NCBI RefSeq assembly: GCF_036321535.1
Contig: NC_087436.1
Span: forward strand, 74,588,001 to 74,652,000
Reading direction: 5' to 3'
Source: Camelus dromedarius
Taxonomy: Eukaryota
DNA: 64,000 nt
The position numbers and the translations under genes were made by a program. The notes beneath the pieces were generated by a model. It was not told where the DNA came from, searched no databases, and saw only the letters and a list, made by a program, of their open reading frames with translations. Below are positions 38,837 to 52,570 of the stretch, piece after piece. The stretch's first letter is position 1, and each line of letters opens with the position of its first letter.

Positions 38837-40104
38837 CTAAAATGGGGAACAGGGAAAAAGCAACTTCAGTGATTCTGCAAAAAGATAAGACAGTTTATTT
38901 TTTTTAAACTAGATATGCAGATGAGAGAAGTATGCACACAATTGTATGGAATTCAATTAATCTGATTCCTACTCAATGCTTTCTAAGATCAAAGCCAACG
39001 TTTAACTTCACAACCCTAGCCATATTATACTCTATGCAAACTAAGACTATTTCATTGCTGGAAGTTCAACAGCAGAGGAGCTTGATTTTAGAAGAACTCT
39101 TTAATTTAATAAAATTCCCCAAATTAAAAATGTATTTATATGTGTATTTTTTAAGCTAGTTTTATTCTCTTTATCTGCCGTATCAGTACAATTAATAAAT
39201 GGCATTAGAGGAATTAAAAAGACAGAACTATAACAAGAGGGCTATTAATATATTCCAAATGCTTTTTAAAAAATTACAGGATGCTAGCAGATGAAATATT
39301 CTAATTAATTGTTTACCCAAAAAATTATATATTCAAGTTCCATGACAAGAATGAAAGGCTCCTAAATACACCTAGAATCAATTTATGGGTGAAAAAACCT
39401 CCTTCCTTGGGTTTGACATCCATGTGCGACTTTAATTTGCCTATTTTCCTTATCTATAATAAAGTAGGTCCACTTTCTACCTTATTGGTAGAATAAAGGT
39501 TTGGAACCTAGAATCAGATTACAGTTTTAAATAATTAAAACAATTTAGTCCAATTATATTGAATGATACAGAGGTAAAGCTGTTTCAACATTTATTTTAT
39601 ACTTAAATATTGTATTTCTGTGAAATTGGGGAAGGCTTCTGATGACCAGAGTACAGCCTTGATTAATTATTTAATAAACATGCCAACCAATAACGACTGC
39701 CTTAGTATAACTGGCATACTATCTAGGTATCTTTCAATTGCCTGCCTGTATGAGAAATAAAAGCTAGTTCAATCAATATTTTAAAATAATCATTAATATT
39801 AATCAGAATATTATGGTTTAGAAAGCACTCCCATAAGTACCACGTGTTATATCTTCTTTTATAGGTGAGAAAACAGAAGTGAAGTCAGATCCTGTTGTTA
39901 AGACAGTTTTCCAGGCTCCCTTATTTCCCTGTGTATACAACATATCAAAACCATATCCCTGAGGTAATCAGAGTCCATTACAAAGAAAGAAGTCCAACAG
40001 TTAACAACTTTGGGTAGGCAATACAGCCCCTAAATCAAGGACACCAATACTAAATTTAGTGCTAAAAAGACTCCCAACAGCAAATATGTCTGTGTTTTAA
40101 ACAA

Positions 40105-40295
40105 ACAGTAGTTCTCAATCCCATATGTACATCAGAATCATCTATGTAGTTTTTGTTTCTTTAAATACAGATATCCAGATCTCACCTGGATTCAGATCCA
40201 GGAGGTCTGGGATAGGGCTCAGGGTCTACACTTTTAAAGAATTTCATAGCACCTTCTTCCGCACAGCTGGGATTGAGGCTCCACTCACTGTGCAG
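40105..40295. mobile_element. MER5-like hAT MITE
   Basis: cagtagttctcaa...catcagaatcatct...ggtctgggataggg motifs. Confidence 0.6.
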
Positions 40296-41660
40296 CACTT
40301 CTATGGTCTGCTTTAAGCACCTTTAAACTATGAATACATTTTAGATGAATTGTTTCAATGTAGATTAACCATCTCTAAGTAAGAGTATCTGATGCTAGTA
40401 ACTAACAGAAGGCCCATTAAGTAAGAAATACGGAAAAAAATGAGATTTCACTTGGCAAAATTCTCTAATTGTTCCAGAAACTTCCACAAATCTGTTTAAA
40501 ATGCTTAATAATGCCAGTAAAAATCTTTTCTATGATAAAAGCTACAAGTCCATCAAAATTTTTAAAGAATATAAAACTCAAGAAAGGACACTAACTTTAA
40601 ATGCATCTTCTGTGAAAGGGAGTCTAGCTATAGTAGGGGGAATGGGGAGAAGGGAGGGAGGACTTGATGCAGAGATAAATATAGGCATCTCAGATAACCC
40701 AGACTTCAGGCAATTAGTATCATTATAAAATTAGTATCATTATAATTAAAGTTTCAAGTCCCTCAAGAGTAGAAGTTTGAAACAAAAAGGTAACTGAGTG
40801 GCCAGCCAAAGTCCTCCACTCCTATGGCTTCTATTTTTTTAGACCTAATAACAAAGAATACAGTACACTCAGCACTGAACTCATAGTTCCTGCAGCTTAC
40901 ATATTCCTAGGCATACAAATGACAACTGAATTGCTTTTCTACCTTTTCATGCCTTGCCATTAAATAAATTCTGACTTCCTGCTTTAAATCTGTTGAAGGC
41001 CTACTATGACAGATTTCGCATAATATAACCAATGATATATACCAACAGGGACAACATAAAATTTATTCGTAATGCTGCCATTTAACAAAAATATACCAGT
41101 TATTTATAACAGTTCAATTCATCCTGTGCTCCAAATGTATGCCTCTACAAGGAATTTATATATTAAGAAAGCTACACAAAAGGGATTCAAAAAATAAGTA
41201 GTGACAGAGAAAAATATGCAATAGGCTTATACTTTTCTAATCTGATTCACTATTCACAACTAGTATCCAATGTGTTAAAAAGATGACAACTCTTTCATTT
41301 AAAAAAAAAAAAAAAAAGACTGAACATTCTGCCAATGCTACAGGGTTTGTATTAAAATCAAGAGATCAAAAATTTCATAGGTTAAGTTATGAATACTTGT
41401 AGCCAAAAGAAAATTACAGAATATAATTAGATACATTTCAAAAACTTAAAGCAGAAGCAGAAGACATGTCTTCTTATAAGTATATACATATATATTTAAG
41501 TATAGATATATTATAAGTATATATACACTTGTAAGTATATCATCTCCAGGAAGGTTTTCCACTCCCTTCCACTTTGTAGAATGTTTTACTAATAGCCTCT
41601 GGTGTAACATATAAGTCCTCAAACAAGAAGTTGTATGTAATTGTATTCTACAATATTTAC

Positions 41661-41789
41661 CTTTACAGTAGCTAAGAACCTGTCCAAAAGACTACTAGCC
41701 AGTGCAAATGTTTCTGGGTAAAGATTGAATTGGTACTTGAGTTTGGCCAGCCACTGAATCACTTCATCTCTCTGGGATGGAGAAACATT
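41661..41789 (-). CDS. CCNI: Cyclin I exon 3, NVSPSQRDEVIQWLAKLKYQFNLYPETFALASSLLDRFLATVK
   Basis: ttatag acceptor, gtaaat donor, 129 nt; cyclin box start with LDRFL. Confidence 0.97.
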
Positions 41790-42079
41790 CTATAAGGAAA
41801 CAAAAAACAAAAATAAAAGAGAACAAGTAAACAAGGATATGAGAGAACAAATATCATCAAGGATATGTTTCCAATTCTTGCTTATAAAAGGTTAGCAAAT
41901 GCTATGGAATATGTATTTATATGTTAAAAAAATGTTTTTAAGTTTACTCAAAATCTATCAAACTTGAGATAAATGAAGATAAAATTTTATGAACTAGTTA
42001 CAGCATTTAATATCAACATCCAATATGTCATCTCACCATGTATCTATACTTTATTTAAACTGGGGTTTTCAGGGAATAA

Positions 42080-42280
42080 TATTTATTTATTTATGTATGT
42101 ATGTATGTAGGTAGGTAGGTAGGTAGGTAGGTAGGTAGGTAGGTAGGTAGGTAGGTGGAGGTAGGGGGAGTAAATCAGGTTTATTTATTTATTAATTCTT
42201 AGAGGAGGTACTGGGGACTGGACCCAGGACCTCATGCATCCTAAGCATGTGCTCTACCACTTGAGCTATACCCTCCCCCT
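42080..42280 (-). mobile_element. Vic-1-type SINE with microsatellite tail (TTTA, TATG, TAGG on +)
   Basis: tRNA-Ala-like head ending near 42280; TAGG run at about 42107-42155. Confidence 0.88.
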
Positions 42281-43569
42281 TTAAAGTTTAGCTAACACTA
42301 TTATCAACTATAGTAATTTTGGAATTAAGTTTCCCCAATTCTTGAGAATAAGAAAATATAGTGAACTTTTTTCTAAGGCAGCAAACAGCCATTAAACTAT
42401 CTTTAGAAATACAAACAGGCTATGGTAACAAAATGCTAGCCTATTAAAAACAAAACTAAAGTCAACAGGAATGAATGAAAGATACCAGGGAAAATGGACA
42501 AATTACATATTTAAAAATGATGAAAGAATATTGAAGGGGAAATTAACCTGCACTAACTTACCACTGGAGAGATTACTACACAAACACTGAACATTATTGG
42601 TGTTTTAATCTTCCTATATATTATTTTTAACTACTGAGTATAGGCTTAATTTTCAAAAGATACACACTTCAAAGCAATAATGAATGATTTAGATACCTTT
42701 ACTCCTGAGTTTTGCAGGTACCATAAAAAAACAAAACAAAACAAACCTAGTAATATTTAATCTACCACTAATATACAAAACAGATCCATGGAAGTACTCT
42801 TCTGCCAGGTAAAGACAACAAGTACAGAAATGACTCTATGATTAGCGGAAAAGACTATTTTCAATATGAGGGTTCCAGACAAGTAAAGGCTTAATCTATG
42901 TACTGCAGACTTTATCATCATAACCATTTTTGATGGAAATCTCTTAAAAATATATTACTTATCTCATTTCTCAGAAAGTATAGAGATCACAGCTTAAACC
43001 TCTTCCCTGATCACTCAGGGTCAACTTTATGAAATTAATTTCTATATCACAGAGAGATGCAGTAAGAACTATTAAACCATGAAGGGTTGTACATCTTTGG
43101 CAATACATTGCCTTAAACAGGTATTTCAGTTGGAATTTCTTCTCTCCTTCGTCTTGGCTTCCTTTAGTGTTGTGAGAAATACATGACTTGGTGCTCATTA
43201 TTACCTCTGCCATTGCATTGACTAGTTTCCCTTATTTTATTCCAGCTTCTCTTTCTTTCAATTTTCAGCTTTGGCACAGGAAAGTAAAGTGTTTCTCTGT
43301 GTTGGTCAAATCAACTAATCACACATCTAATTTTTACATTTAACTCTAAACTCAGTTATAACTGGTATTTTAGAAGGTTAAGTGCCATATATTCACCTGC
43401 TGGTGAATTCCTTTCTTAAAAAAAAAAAAAAGATTGACCCTAGAATACCGCATAAGAAATACTGACAAGAAAATTAGATAAAGATGGTTTATAACCTCTT
43501 ATATTTACATATTACCACCAAGCTGGTGTTAAGACTATGAACAGTAATGTGAAAAATCTGACAATCAAG

Positions 43570-43870
43570 ACATTTAATTCAATTCATATTAATAAATATT
43601 AAGTGTTGAACATATGATAGGTCATGGGAATGCAATGATGAATGAAACACTCCCTGTTTAAACTTCAAAACTTAAAAGTCTCATGGTGAGGCAAATAATA
43701 AGAAAATGTCAATAAAATATGGTAAGCATTAAAATAGAGTTATGCACAGGGCACTAGGGGAGCACACAGGAAGGGTACCTGGCCCAGTGCGGGAGGAGAG
43801 TAAAACGTTCTTAGAGGAGACAGCAACTAACTTGTATCTTAAGAGTTAAAAAGTGAGGGAAGGGGGTGAT
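43570..43870 (-). mobile_element. L2 fragment (others probable near 32850-33300, 45570-45920, 50660-50750, 60450-61080)
   Basis: attcaattca...aaatattaagtg, aatgcaatgatgaatgaaac, cactaggggagcaca motifs. Confidence 0.5.
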
Positions 43871-46429
43871 CATTTGTAAGACAAGGAAAAGAAACAAGTA
43901 TTTAAAGCCTGTGAACTTTACTCTGAAGGATAAGAATGATGTCAACCTGGAGGCAGGAACTTGTTAAGCTCCTCAGACTTGCAAATAAAAATCGAAGTGG
44001 ATGGAAAAGACTGCTAGAAACAGATGCTCTGGAGAATCAGTGATACAATTCAATGAATCAAAAAGAAACAAAATAGTTCATGGGACTGAAGCTAAGGGCT
44101 CGACAGGTTTTGAGTGTATAGATTAGGAGCAGAATGTATGTCTTGCAGAGACTATTAACCAACTTGACAGAGGAAACTAGTGTTAAGCTATTAAAGCCAG
44201 GAGTTAAGATTCTCTCTTTTACAAAAGCAGTCTGCAAAAGCGGGCAAAATACTACCTGAAGTTATGGCTTCTCCAGAGGTGAGAGGAAGCAGAAACAGCC
44301 CTATAGCTAGACCCTGGGTCAAAAAGCTCTTAACATGGTCACTGGTTCTACAGTATTCTATTTTCCACAGAGCCCTGAGGTGCTCTTTAAGAGCTGGACT
44401 AGGGGCCACTAAAGGTCCCTGGGGACCAAAAGTGAAGGCAGTCACAAAACTTTTAGATGGAAGTTAAGCATTCAAGAGAAACTAAATTTCTACCAAGATG
44501 AGCTTCTATCTAAAAATGCCAAAACAAATTTAAAAAGTAATGTTAAGGCAGCCATCCAAACAATTCAATGACAAGGAAATAAAATTCACAGAGAGAGAGG
44601 CAGACAGTGATACCACCTGAGGAAACTGGGGAGGCTTTTAGGGAGGTGGAAGAACAATGATCTAGAACAGCAATGAGGAATAAGAACACTGTTTATTCTC
44701 CGTTCAGGTCAGAGATAGAGGAGAAAAAAATACCCTTAGATGATAGATTACATAAAGTGACTATTTGGTGTTTGACATTAAACAAATAGCCAACATGTAA
44801 CTGTAAGAAGTCCCACAAAAGATGGACATAATGTGCTATAAGTATAGGTATAACACAAGGGAACAGTTATACAGAGACTTCCATATCATAGTTATAACTA
44901 AATGACACAACTTATGTAAAGCACACAGAATGTGAAAGCACTTAAATATTAGTTTTGTCCTTTCTCACCTTTAAATATACTTGATGCTTTAAGATGCCAG
45001 AAAAAACAAATTTACAAAATATTACATATATAAATAATTCTTTTAAACCGATTATAATACAATTAGATATGAAAGAGATCATGACAGTATCTTTGACTTT
45101 AACATATCTTATATTAAAAAATTTCAGAACAGGGCCAAGAAAACATTCTTGCATGGCTAGTACTATCATCACTAGCCAAAACTAACAATAACCAAAAAAC
45201 CCCACAAAAAATTACAGTTTGACTCACTCTTAAGTGATACTGATTCTAAGATCTCTTTTTTCAAGTCAGTTAAAACATGTACTCAACAGTGATATCATCA
45301 GAATAGCTTTAAAAAATAAAGCTCCATGCCTAAGTAATCCCATTTGAGGGAGGAAAGCAGGCAGGCAGTACCCCAGATAGTATTTCCTGATCAAGGGATC
45401 TGTTTTCTCTTATGTGGATTGCTCAAACAGCATTAAAAGAGTTCAGTAAATTGGTTGAATGACTAATCCCAAAGAGAATTTATAATGGTTTGATTCAACA
45501 TGGCAAAACACAGGGCTTTATATTCCACATGCTGCTATTCTAATCATTAAACCCAAATCCTCCCCAGCTTTAAACTCTGTAAGGTTTACCATTACCTAAA
45601 TATTAAGCATAATCCCTCAGGCATGGCATACAAATCCCTCTATGACCTGCCTCTCCAGCCTCACTCACCTTCCATCACTTCCTGCTTAAAATTCATACTA
45701 TAAGAGGGAGTACTTGTATTTATGGCTTTTCCTTGTTCCTGCCATGCTATTTCACATCACTGCTCCTTTGCTAATACTGTTCCCTCTGGTTGGAACATAC
45801 TCCTCTCTCTTTTACCTCTTATTTACCCTTTAAGAGCTATTTCAATGGTAACTCCCCACTAGACACTTTTCCTGGTAATTCAAGTTGGGCTAAGTACCTT
45901 CCTGTGCTCCCACAGCATCTCTTGTCACTCTTTAAAAAATTACCTTTCTGCTTTTGGCTATGACTGAGTAGGTAGCAGCAAACCTACACTCTAGCTGAGA
46001 ACAACTAGAAAAGCTATTAACAACAGAAAGGTATCAGAACTTCTAAGACAACTGGGCCTTGAGGAGCCAAGATTCCAGAGAGCAGGTAGTAATAGTAAGA
46101 GATGAGTCAACATTCTGCATTAACTATCCTTTTCGGGCATTTGCCCATCCTGTGAGTATGGCAAGAGGCAGAAAGTATGAGCAAAGAAACCAACAGAGCT
46201 TTTGGGAGTCTTACAAGGCAAGAGACAAAATTTGGAAACTTGAGGAACCAAGAACCTAGTAGAAGAGGGTCCGAGATGTGAATGTGACAGCTGATTTTCC
46301 CCTTATTTTCTAAATCAGATTCTGAAGTTAGGAAGGACAAAGCTCTAAGAGGCTAAGCAGAAAGCCTCTGAAAAGCAAGAGTAAGTTCAGGGGAGAGTTT
46401 AGCACTCTTCAGGAAAAAGGGGGACTGCT

Positions 46430-48227
46430 AAACAGTCACCCATGAACATAGACACAAAAATCCTAACCAAAATGTTAACAAAATCCAATTACGTATAAAA
46501 ATTCAACACCTGTTCATGAAAAATCTCTTAGCAAACTAAGGCAGAAGAAATGAGTTTCTTAGTCTGGTTATGACTAAGACATAAATAGCAAACATCACAG
46601 TCAATGGTGAAAGAATGAAAGATTTCTCCTCACAGAGATTCCAGCAGGGTTCTGGAGACCCTAGCTAATTCTGCAAAACAAGAAAAATGAAAGTGTAAGA
46701 ACTAGAAAGAACGAAATGAAACCATTATTATTCACATTTGACATGACTGTATATAATATACAGAAAATCTTCCAAAAGACTAAACTATTAGTAAGTTAAT
46801 TTAGTATGGTCTATATAAAAATCTACTTTACTTCTATAGACCAACATACAGAAGGCAAGTATATAAAAAAATTAAATTAAAATGTTACCATTTGTAATAG
46901 CCTCAATAAGACTCAAATACCACCCAGAAATAAACCTAAATTACCAAATACTATTAAAAGAAACTGAAGACCACCTTTAAAGAAAAATGGAGAAATAGTC
47001 ATGTTCATGGATTGGAAGACTCATAAATACGTCGATTCTCTCCCCAAATCAATCTATACATTCAATAAGCCAAAACCCCCATAATTTTTTTTGAGCATTG
47101 ACAAGTATATCTAAAAATACATATGCAAGAGCAAAGAGCTAAGAATAGCCAAGACAATCTTAAAAAAAAAAAAAAAGAACAAAGTTTATGACACCAAAGA
47201 GTTACTACAACGCTATAATAACTGAGGCAGTGAGGTATACAGAGAGGCAAACAGACCAATGATGAGAAAAGAGGCAAGAAACTGACCCACAAATGTATCT
47301 ACTCATATACAGCACTCACTTAATTTAAAACAAAAGTACATCACAGGGCAGTAGCAGAAAATGTCTTTTTTTTTTAATAAATGGTACTGGTTTCCTATAT
47401 AGAGAAAAATTATTCTTGACTCCTACAATTCATACCATACCAAAATGGAAAAAAAATCCTATCTTCATTACCCTGGTTTAGGCAAACATTTCTTTAAAGG
47501 ATTAAGCAAAAAGGAAAAGAATTTTGATAATTAGATCATTAAAAATTAAGAACTTCTATTCATCAAAAGTCAACAAGCAAACAGAGCTGAAAATATGTAA
47601 CACAGAGCCTGAAAAAGAAAGAACTCCTAAGGAAACAACTTAGCAACTCAACAGAAACCCAGGTGAAAGATTTTAACAGATATGTCACCAAAAGAGAATA
47701 TCTAATAGCCAATAAGCACATGACAAACTGTTGAATTTCATTAGTTATCAAGGAAATGCAAATTAAAACCCAATGTGTTGTGATACTGTAACACACTCAC
47801 CAGAATAACTAAAATGAAAAAGACAGACAATACCAAGCGCTGACAAGGATGTACAGCAACTTGAGACTTTCATACTCTGATGTAAGGGGTTAAAAAAAAA
47901 TGCGCTATAAAAGAGGAATAACTTTGGTAAGTAATACAATTGGTGTTATTTGCTAAACCTGAGTATAAACATAGTCTAGTTCTAGCAATTCCACCCCTAG
48001 GAACATACCCAACAGAAATGTACACATATGTCACCAAAGACATACACAAGAAAATGACTCTAATGACCATCAATAGCAGAATGGATAAATAAAATCCTTT
48101 GATGGAATAATACGTGGCAGTGAGAATAAATTAATTATGACTACATGACATAATATGGATGAATCTTACACTAAAAAAAAAAAAAAGAAAAAAAAAAGGC
48201 TGAGCAAAAGAGGCCAGTACATACTTT

Positions 48228-48274
<47 letters not shown>

Positions 48275-48460
48275 TCAAAACCAGGAAAAACTTATCTGTG
48301 ATATTAGGATAATGGTTTCTTTGTGGGGAGGAGATAGATGGTAGTAACTCTAAGAGGACACAAGAAAGGCTTCTGAAGGTGTTGGTAATGTGGTGGTTAC
48401 ACAAGTGTTATTTTGTGAAAATTTACGGTTGTACACTTATGAACAGTATACACTTTAAGA
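46430..48460 (+). mobile_element. Decayed L1M (ORF2 3' part plus 3' UTR), antisense to CCNI
   Basis: catgttcatggattggaagact, caaggaaatgcaaattaaaacc, aatggataaataaa L1 hallmarks; many stops and deletions. Confidence 0.85.
48231..48270. repeat. (CA)20 microsatellite inside L1
   Basis: Read directly. Confidence 0.98.
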
Positions 48461-48599
48461 AACTGTTTACTTATGGAAAAGAAAAAAACAAACAAACAGG
48501 GGGGAGGAATAGATTTATTTATTTATTTATCAAATCCACAGATGGTATAAAAATGACAGGAAGTCAATATATTAGATAACAATCATGATATTAAAGCTA

Positions 48600-49285
48600 G
48601 AAAAATGGGCCAGTGTCAACAATTCTAAACTTAGTAAGGATAAATATGAAACAGTGCACCTAATTTAAAAATTTTGTAAGTACATCTAGGATAAGGGAAA
48701 CTCCTGCTTAAAAGTAGAGAGACAAAACAACAAGGTTTTAAAAGCAAGTTTAGATTAAGCCAACAACATGACATTGCTGCCAAAACAAAAATTTTTTTAA
48801 ATGTAGGGCTATATTAATGAAATTATCAAGCCAAGATAAAGTGAGGTGATAGTCCTATTTTATTAGCTCATTAATTACCACAACTCAAATATCACAATTT
48901 AAGAAACAGTTTTAAAAAAAGAGTGTATATAGAGAAAGAAAAACTGGGATGGTAAAAGGGGAAATCCTGTCAAATGAAAAATGGTTGAAGAATAAGAGAT
49001 ACTCAATCAGGAGAAGAGATGACTTTGTGGGCTTAACACCTGTCTTTAGGTAAAGGACTGTCATTTAAAATATGAAATGAATTTATTCTGTATTGCTCCA
49101 GTGGACAGAACTAGAAACACTAAGTGGCCACTAGAAAGAAGCAGTTTTCAGGTTCAATTTAGGAGAAATTTCTCAATAATTCACCAAGCCTTTCCACAGT
49201 GGAACAGACAAAGTATCCAAAGCAGAGGGTCACTTATCAGAGATGTTAGGAGAACTTTTTTTTTTTTAACTGTGTGGTTAGACTA
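48600..49285 (+). mobile_element. Possible CR1/L3 fragment
   Basis: gaggtgatagtcct, gtttaggtaaaggactgtca and ggagaaatttct-like degenerate motifs. Confidence 0.4.
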
Positions 49286-51729
49286 AATCATTGCTTCCCA
49301 AACCAAACACTTATTAATAAAACTACAAAGCTTTTTAAAATACGAATTTCCAAATTTGCCACAAGCCCAGTAGGTCTGGGTGGGGCCTGGAATCTATAAG
49401 ACACCTCCTGAGTGATTCTGATACACTTAGTAGCCCAGAGGTTCAAGATCCTGTATTTGCATATCACATAATCAAATGGCCTTTAACGTTCCTTAGTTTC
49501 AAAATTCTAATGAAAATCATCTCTATATAAACAGTTTTATCTTTGTATATCAAAATAAATTGAGAATACCTGAAAGTACATGTCACTTTAACCATTCTTC
49601 AATTTTTCCCCCAAATTCATAACAAAATCACCATGTACTCGGAAGTACTACTATTACATAAAAGAACTTCTCTAACCTGGACGAATTACAAAGAAATAAT
49701 AATCATCGCTCATTTAACAAGTGTTTACTGTGAGCCTATTATTACATGCCAGGAAACAAAAGTGACAGAACTCTACCCCAACAGAACTCAGTCAAACCAT
49801 CAAGAAATTATAATATTGTGTGCTATCATATGGGAAGTACAGAGTGCTGTGAGAGCATAAAGAAAGGGAGTGATAAGTGTATAATATTCTTGACCTAAAC
49901 TGCAAGATAGGAGATGCAATTTACAAGAGAACTGAGAAAGACCTTGAGGTAGGATTTAGGTGAAGAGAGAAACAGGAAAGAAGAAAAAACTGGAGGGAAA
50001 AAAGGTTAAAAATATTTTATTTTTCCATTTTACCAGCACAGAAAAAAAAAAATTAGAGAAGTTGGAAAAGATAGATATATACTTTAGAGATAAGACTATT
50101 TTTCTCTTCTGCAAAAAGGAGTCAAGGAGGGAAATCATAGTTAGAAGCAACAGCAGAAAGGGAAGTAGAAAAGCCAGTCCATAAGAGCTGCAGAAGAAAA
50201 CAGAAGAATTAGAACTCGGACAACTGTGTCCTTGAAGGTTATTCTGTGTCAAGTGGCTCAAGCCCCTATAGCTCTTTACTGCCATCTCTATCTTACCTTC
50301 TATCACCAGACCAAGCCCACACACATTTTATAAGAAATAAGTATGCTTTTACTTGGCATTACCAAAGGCAAAACCTTAAATAGATTGCTCTTAGAAGTTC
50401 TGATACTCATGTGTAATACCAGAGAACAGAACATTAATATCTATTAAAACACCCATTAAAATGAGCCAGATTCAGTGATAATAGAGCAATATGATATAAT
50501 CTGGGTAGAGTATCACCTGCGAAGACCATGTTGTAAAAATCTATCATTGTTGGTTTCATGCTGACAGGAGGAGATAGCAGAAGAAAAAAGAAATAGTTCT
50601 AAAGGCAACTCTAAGAAAGCTTTGGGGCTTACTAGAATGTCAGAACATGGGGCAAAAACTTCTGTTTTTCTCACTGTTATATCCCCAATGCCTAGAATAG
50701 TTCTCAGAATACAACAGATATTTAATGTTAACATTTACTGAATGACTGAATCCCCAAGTTATCTAAAAATCACACAAGTATACAAAAATAAAAAATGATA
50801 AAACAAAGTAAAATGGGAAGAGAATGGCCCCAGGTTCAAAATTATAACACTACTACTTATTAGCTGAAGTCTGGAGCAAACTGGGACTACTGCCTACGTC
50901 AAAAGATTAAATGATATATTAAATATGATGGCATGCAAATGCTCCTAGTAAAAAAAGGCAATCATTTAGGTTACCTAATCTTCTACTCACTAAAAGACAA
51001 ATAATAGTAAATACAAAACATAATGCTTCAGCTTGTGGGAAGAATGACAGAAGTAGGCTGGAATTAGAAAAAGCATATAGATTTCAATAACCTATGAACA
51101 AAGGTTAACCAAAACTAACACAGGAGGAACTTAGATACTTTCATTTGCAGTGTCAGGCACTAAAGATAAAGAGATAAGTAAGATATCTTATACAGTAAGC
51201 TATTGAAGTGAATAAGTTATTTGTGAAAAACAGCTCTGATGTAATTATATGAAATTTCTAAAAAACGGCATATAGTCAACAGTAATTGAGAGGTCAGCTG
51301 GTTATCTCCCTGGCAGCTTTCAACACTGGCAATACCTTAGTAGTTAATTTGAATTCCTTATAAACATTCATGAAAGACAGAGCAATTTTTCGCTCACTAA
51401 AGACAAGGATTTGACTAAGTCCAGGCTCTATGGTTAACTATATATAGAAATAAAGAAGGCTTACTACTGTCAGTATCGGACTATGAGGAAAAAGAAGAGT
51501 CATACTTCTCTTCCTAAAGCTGTAACTTAGATAACACATACACAAACAAGAACAGTTCATTTTTGTTTTGTTTCAGAATGAAACAAAGATGTTTCTCAAA
51601 TAAAAAATAGAGCATATCCTTTAATGGTACACATTTCTCCAATGCAGTCTCAAGGTACTATTACATATCAAGTAGTACACTTATTCCTAATAAAAGTCAT
51701 CTATTTAGAGTAAAGAGAGAAATCATTAC

Positions 51730-51843
51730 CTTATTTGTAGGCATTTTCGGCACATTCACCTTCCACATCTGGGCTTCCCTAGAGATTGCCTTTCCCAACA
51801 GGAAAGACAATTTCTGGTTTTCCAAAGGCCCTGGAAACTTCAT
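51730..51843 (-). CDS. CCNI: Cyclin I first coding part (exon 2 = 51886-51730), MKFPGPLENQKLSFLLGKAISREAQMWKVNVPKMPTNK
   Basis: ATG at 51843 in ATCATGA context; ttttatag acceptor 43 nt upstream; gtaatg donor. Confidence 0.97.
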
Positions 51844-52369
51844 GATATCCTTTGGATCTGCCTGCCACCCAGCTTGATGTAGCTACCTATAAAATCAAAT
51901 ATAAAACAATGCTCTACATTTAATTATAGATTAAGAATAGTATTGTACAAATATGTTGGTACATATGAAGCATTCATAAAACAAAATAAAAACGTTAGGA
52001 GGCAATACTGGATTTTATCGCTCTTTAAAATAGCATATATTAAAATGTTACAATAATCATCAGTTATCTAAAACATTCTCACTTTACATTTGAAATTCAG
52101 TTATAAAGAGAATAAAAATATGATCAAATAATTAATAGAACCTTTGGACTTGATCAAAACATATTATTACTGTGTCAAAAAATTGTTAAGTCCCAGGCTT
52201 TTTAAGACTACAAATTCTTAGAAGTAGTTGTCCCAAATATTCCTCTTAAAAATCTAACCAAATAAGGGCTAACCTCTCTCTTCATTTAAAAAGTTACATC
52301 AATTACATCAAATCCCACCCATTCCCATTTAACAAGTATGAAACCATCTCCTTAAGTATGAAACTATCT

Positions 52370-52570
52370 TGAATTGTGCTTACAATACAGTGTCCACTAG
52401 CTATACATACAGCTATTAAGTTAGAATTTAATAAAGTTGAAATATAATTCCTCAGTCACACTAGTCCCATTTCAAGTGCTTAACTGCCACGTGTGGCTAG
52501 TGGATACTGCACTGGACAGTGCAGAAAAGGAACACTTCTATTAATGCAGTAAGTTCCACTGGACAATGCT
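52370..52570. mobile_element. MER3-like hAT MITE
   Basis: cctcagtcacactagtcccatttcaagtgct...gtggctagtgg...ggacaatgctg. Confidence 0.75.

Noticed and set aside
40604..40640. Possible editing-complementary sequence for CCNI exon 3
   Set aside because: Only patchy complementarity around tagcta; cannot be told from chance without folding and conservation analysis
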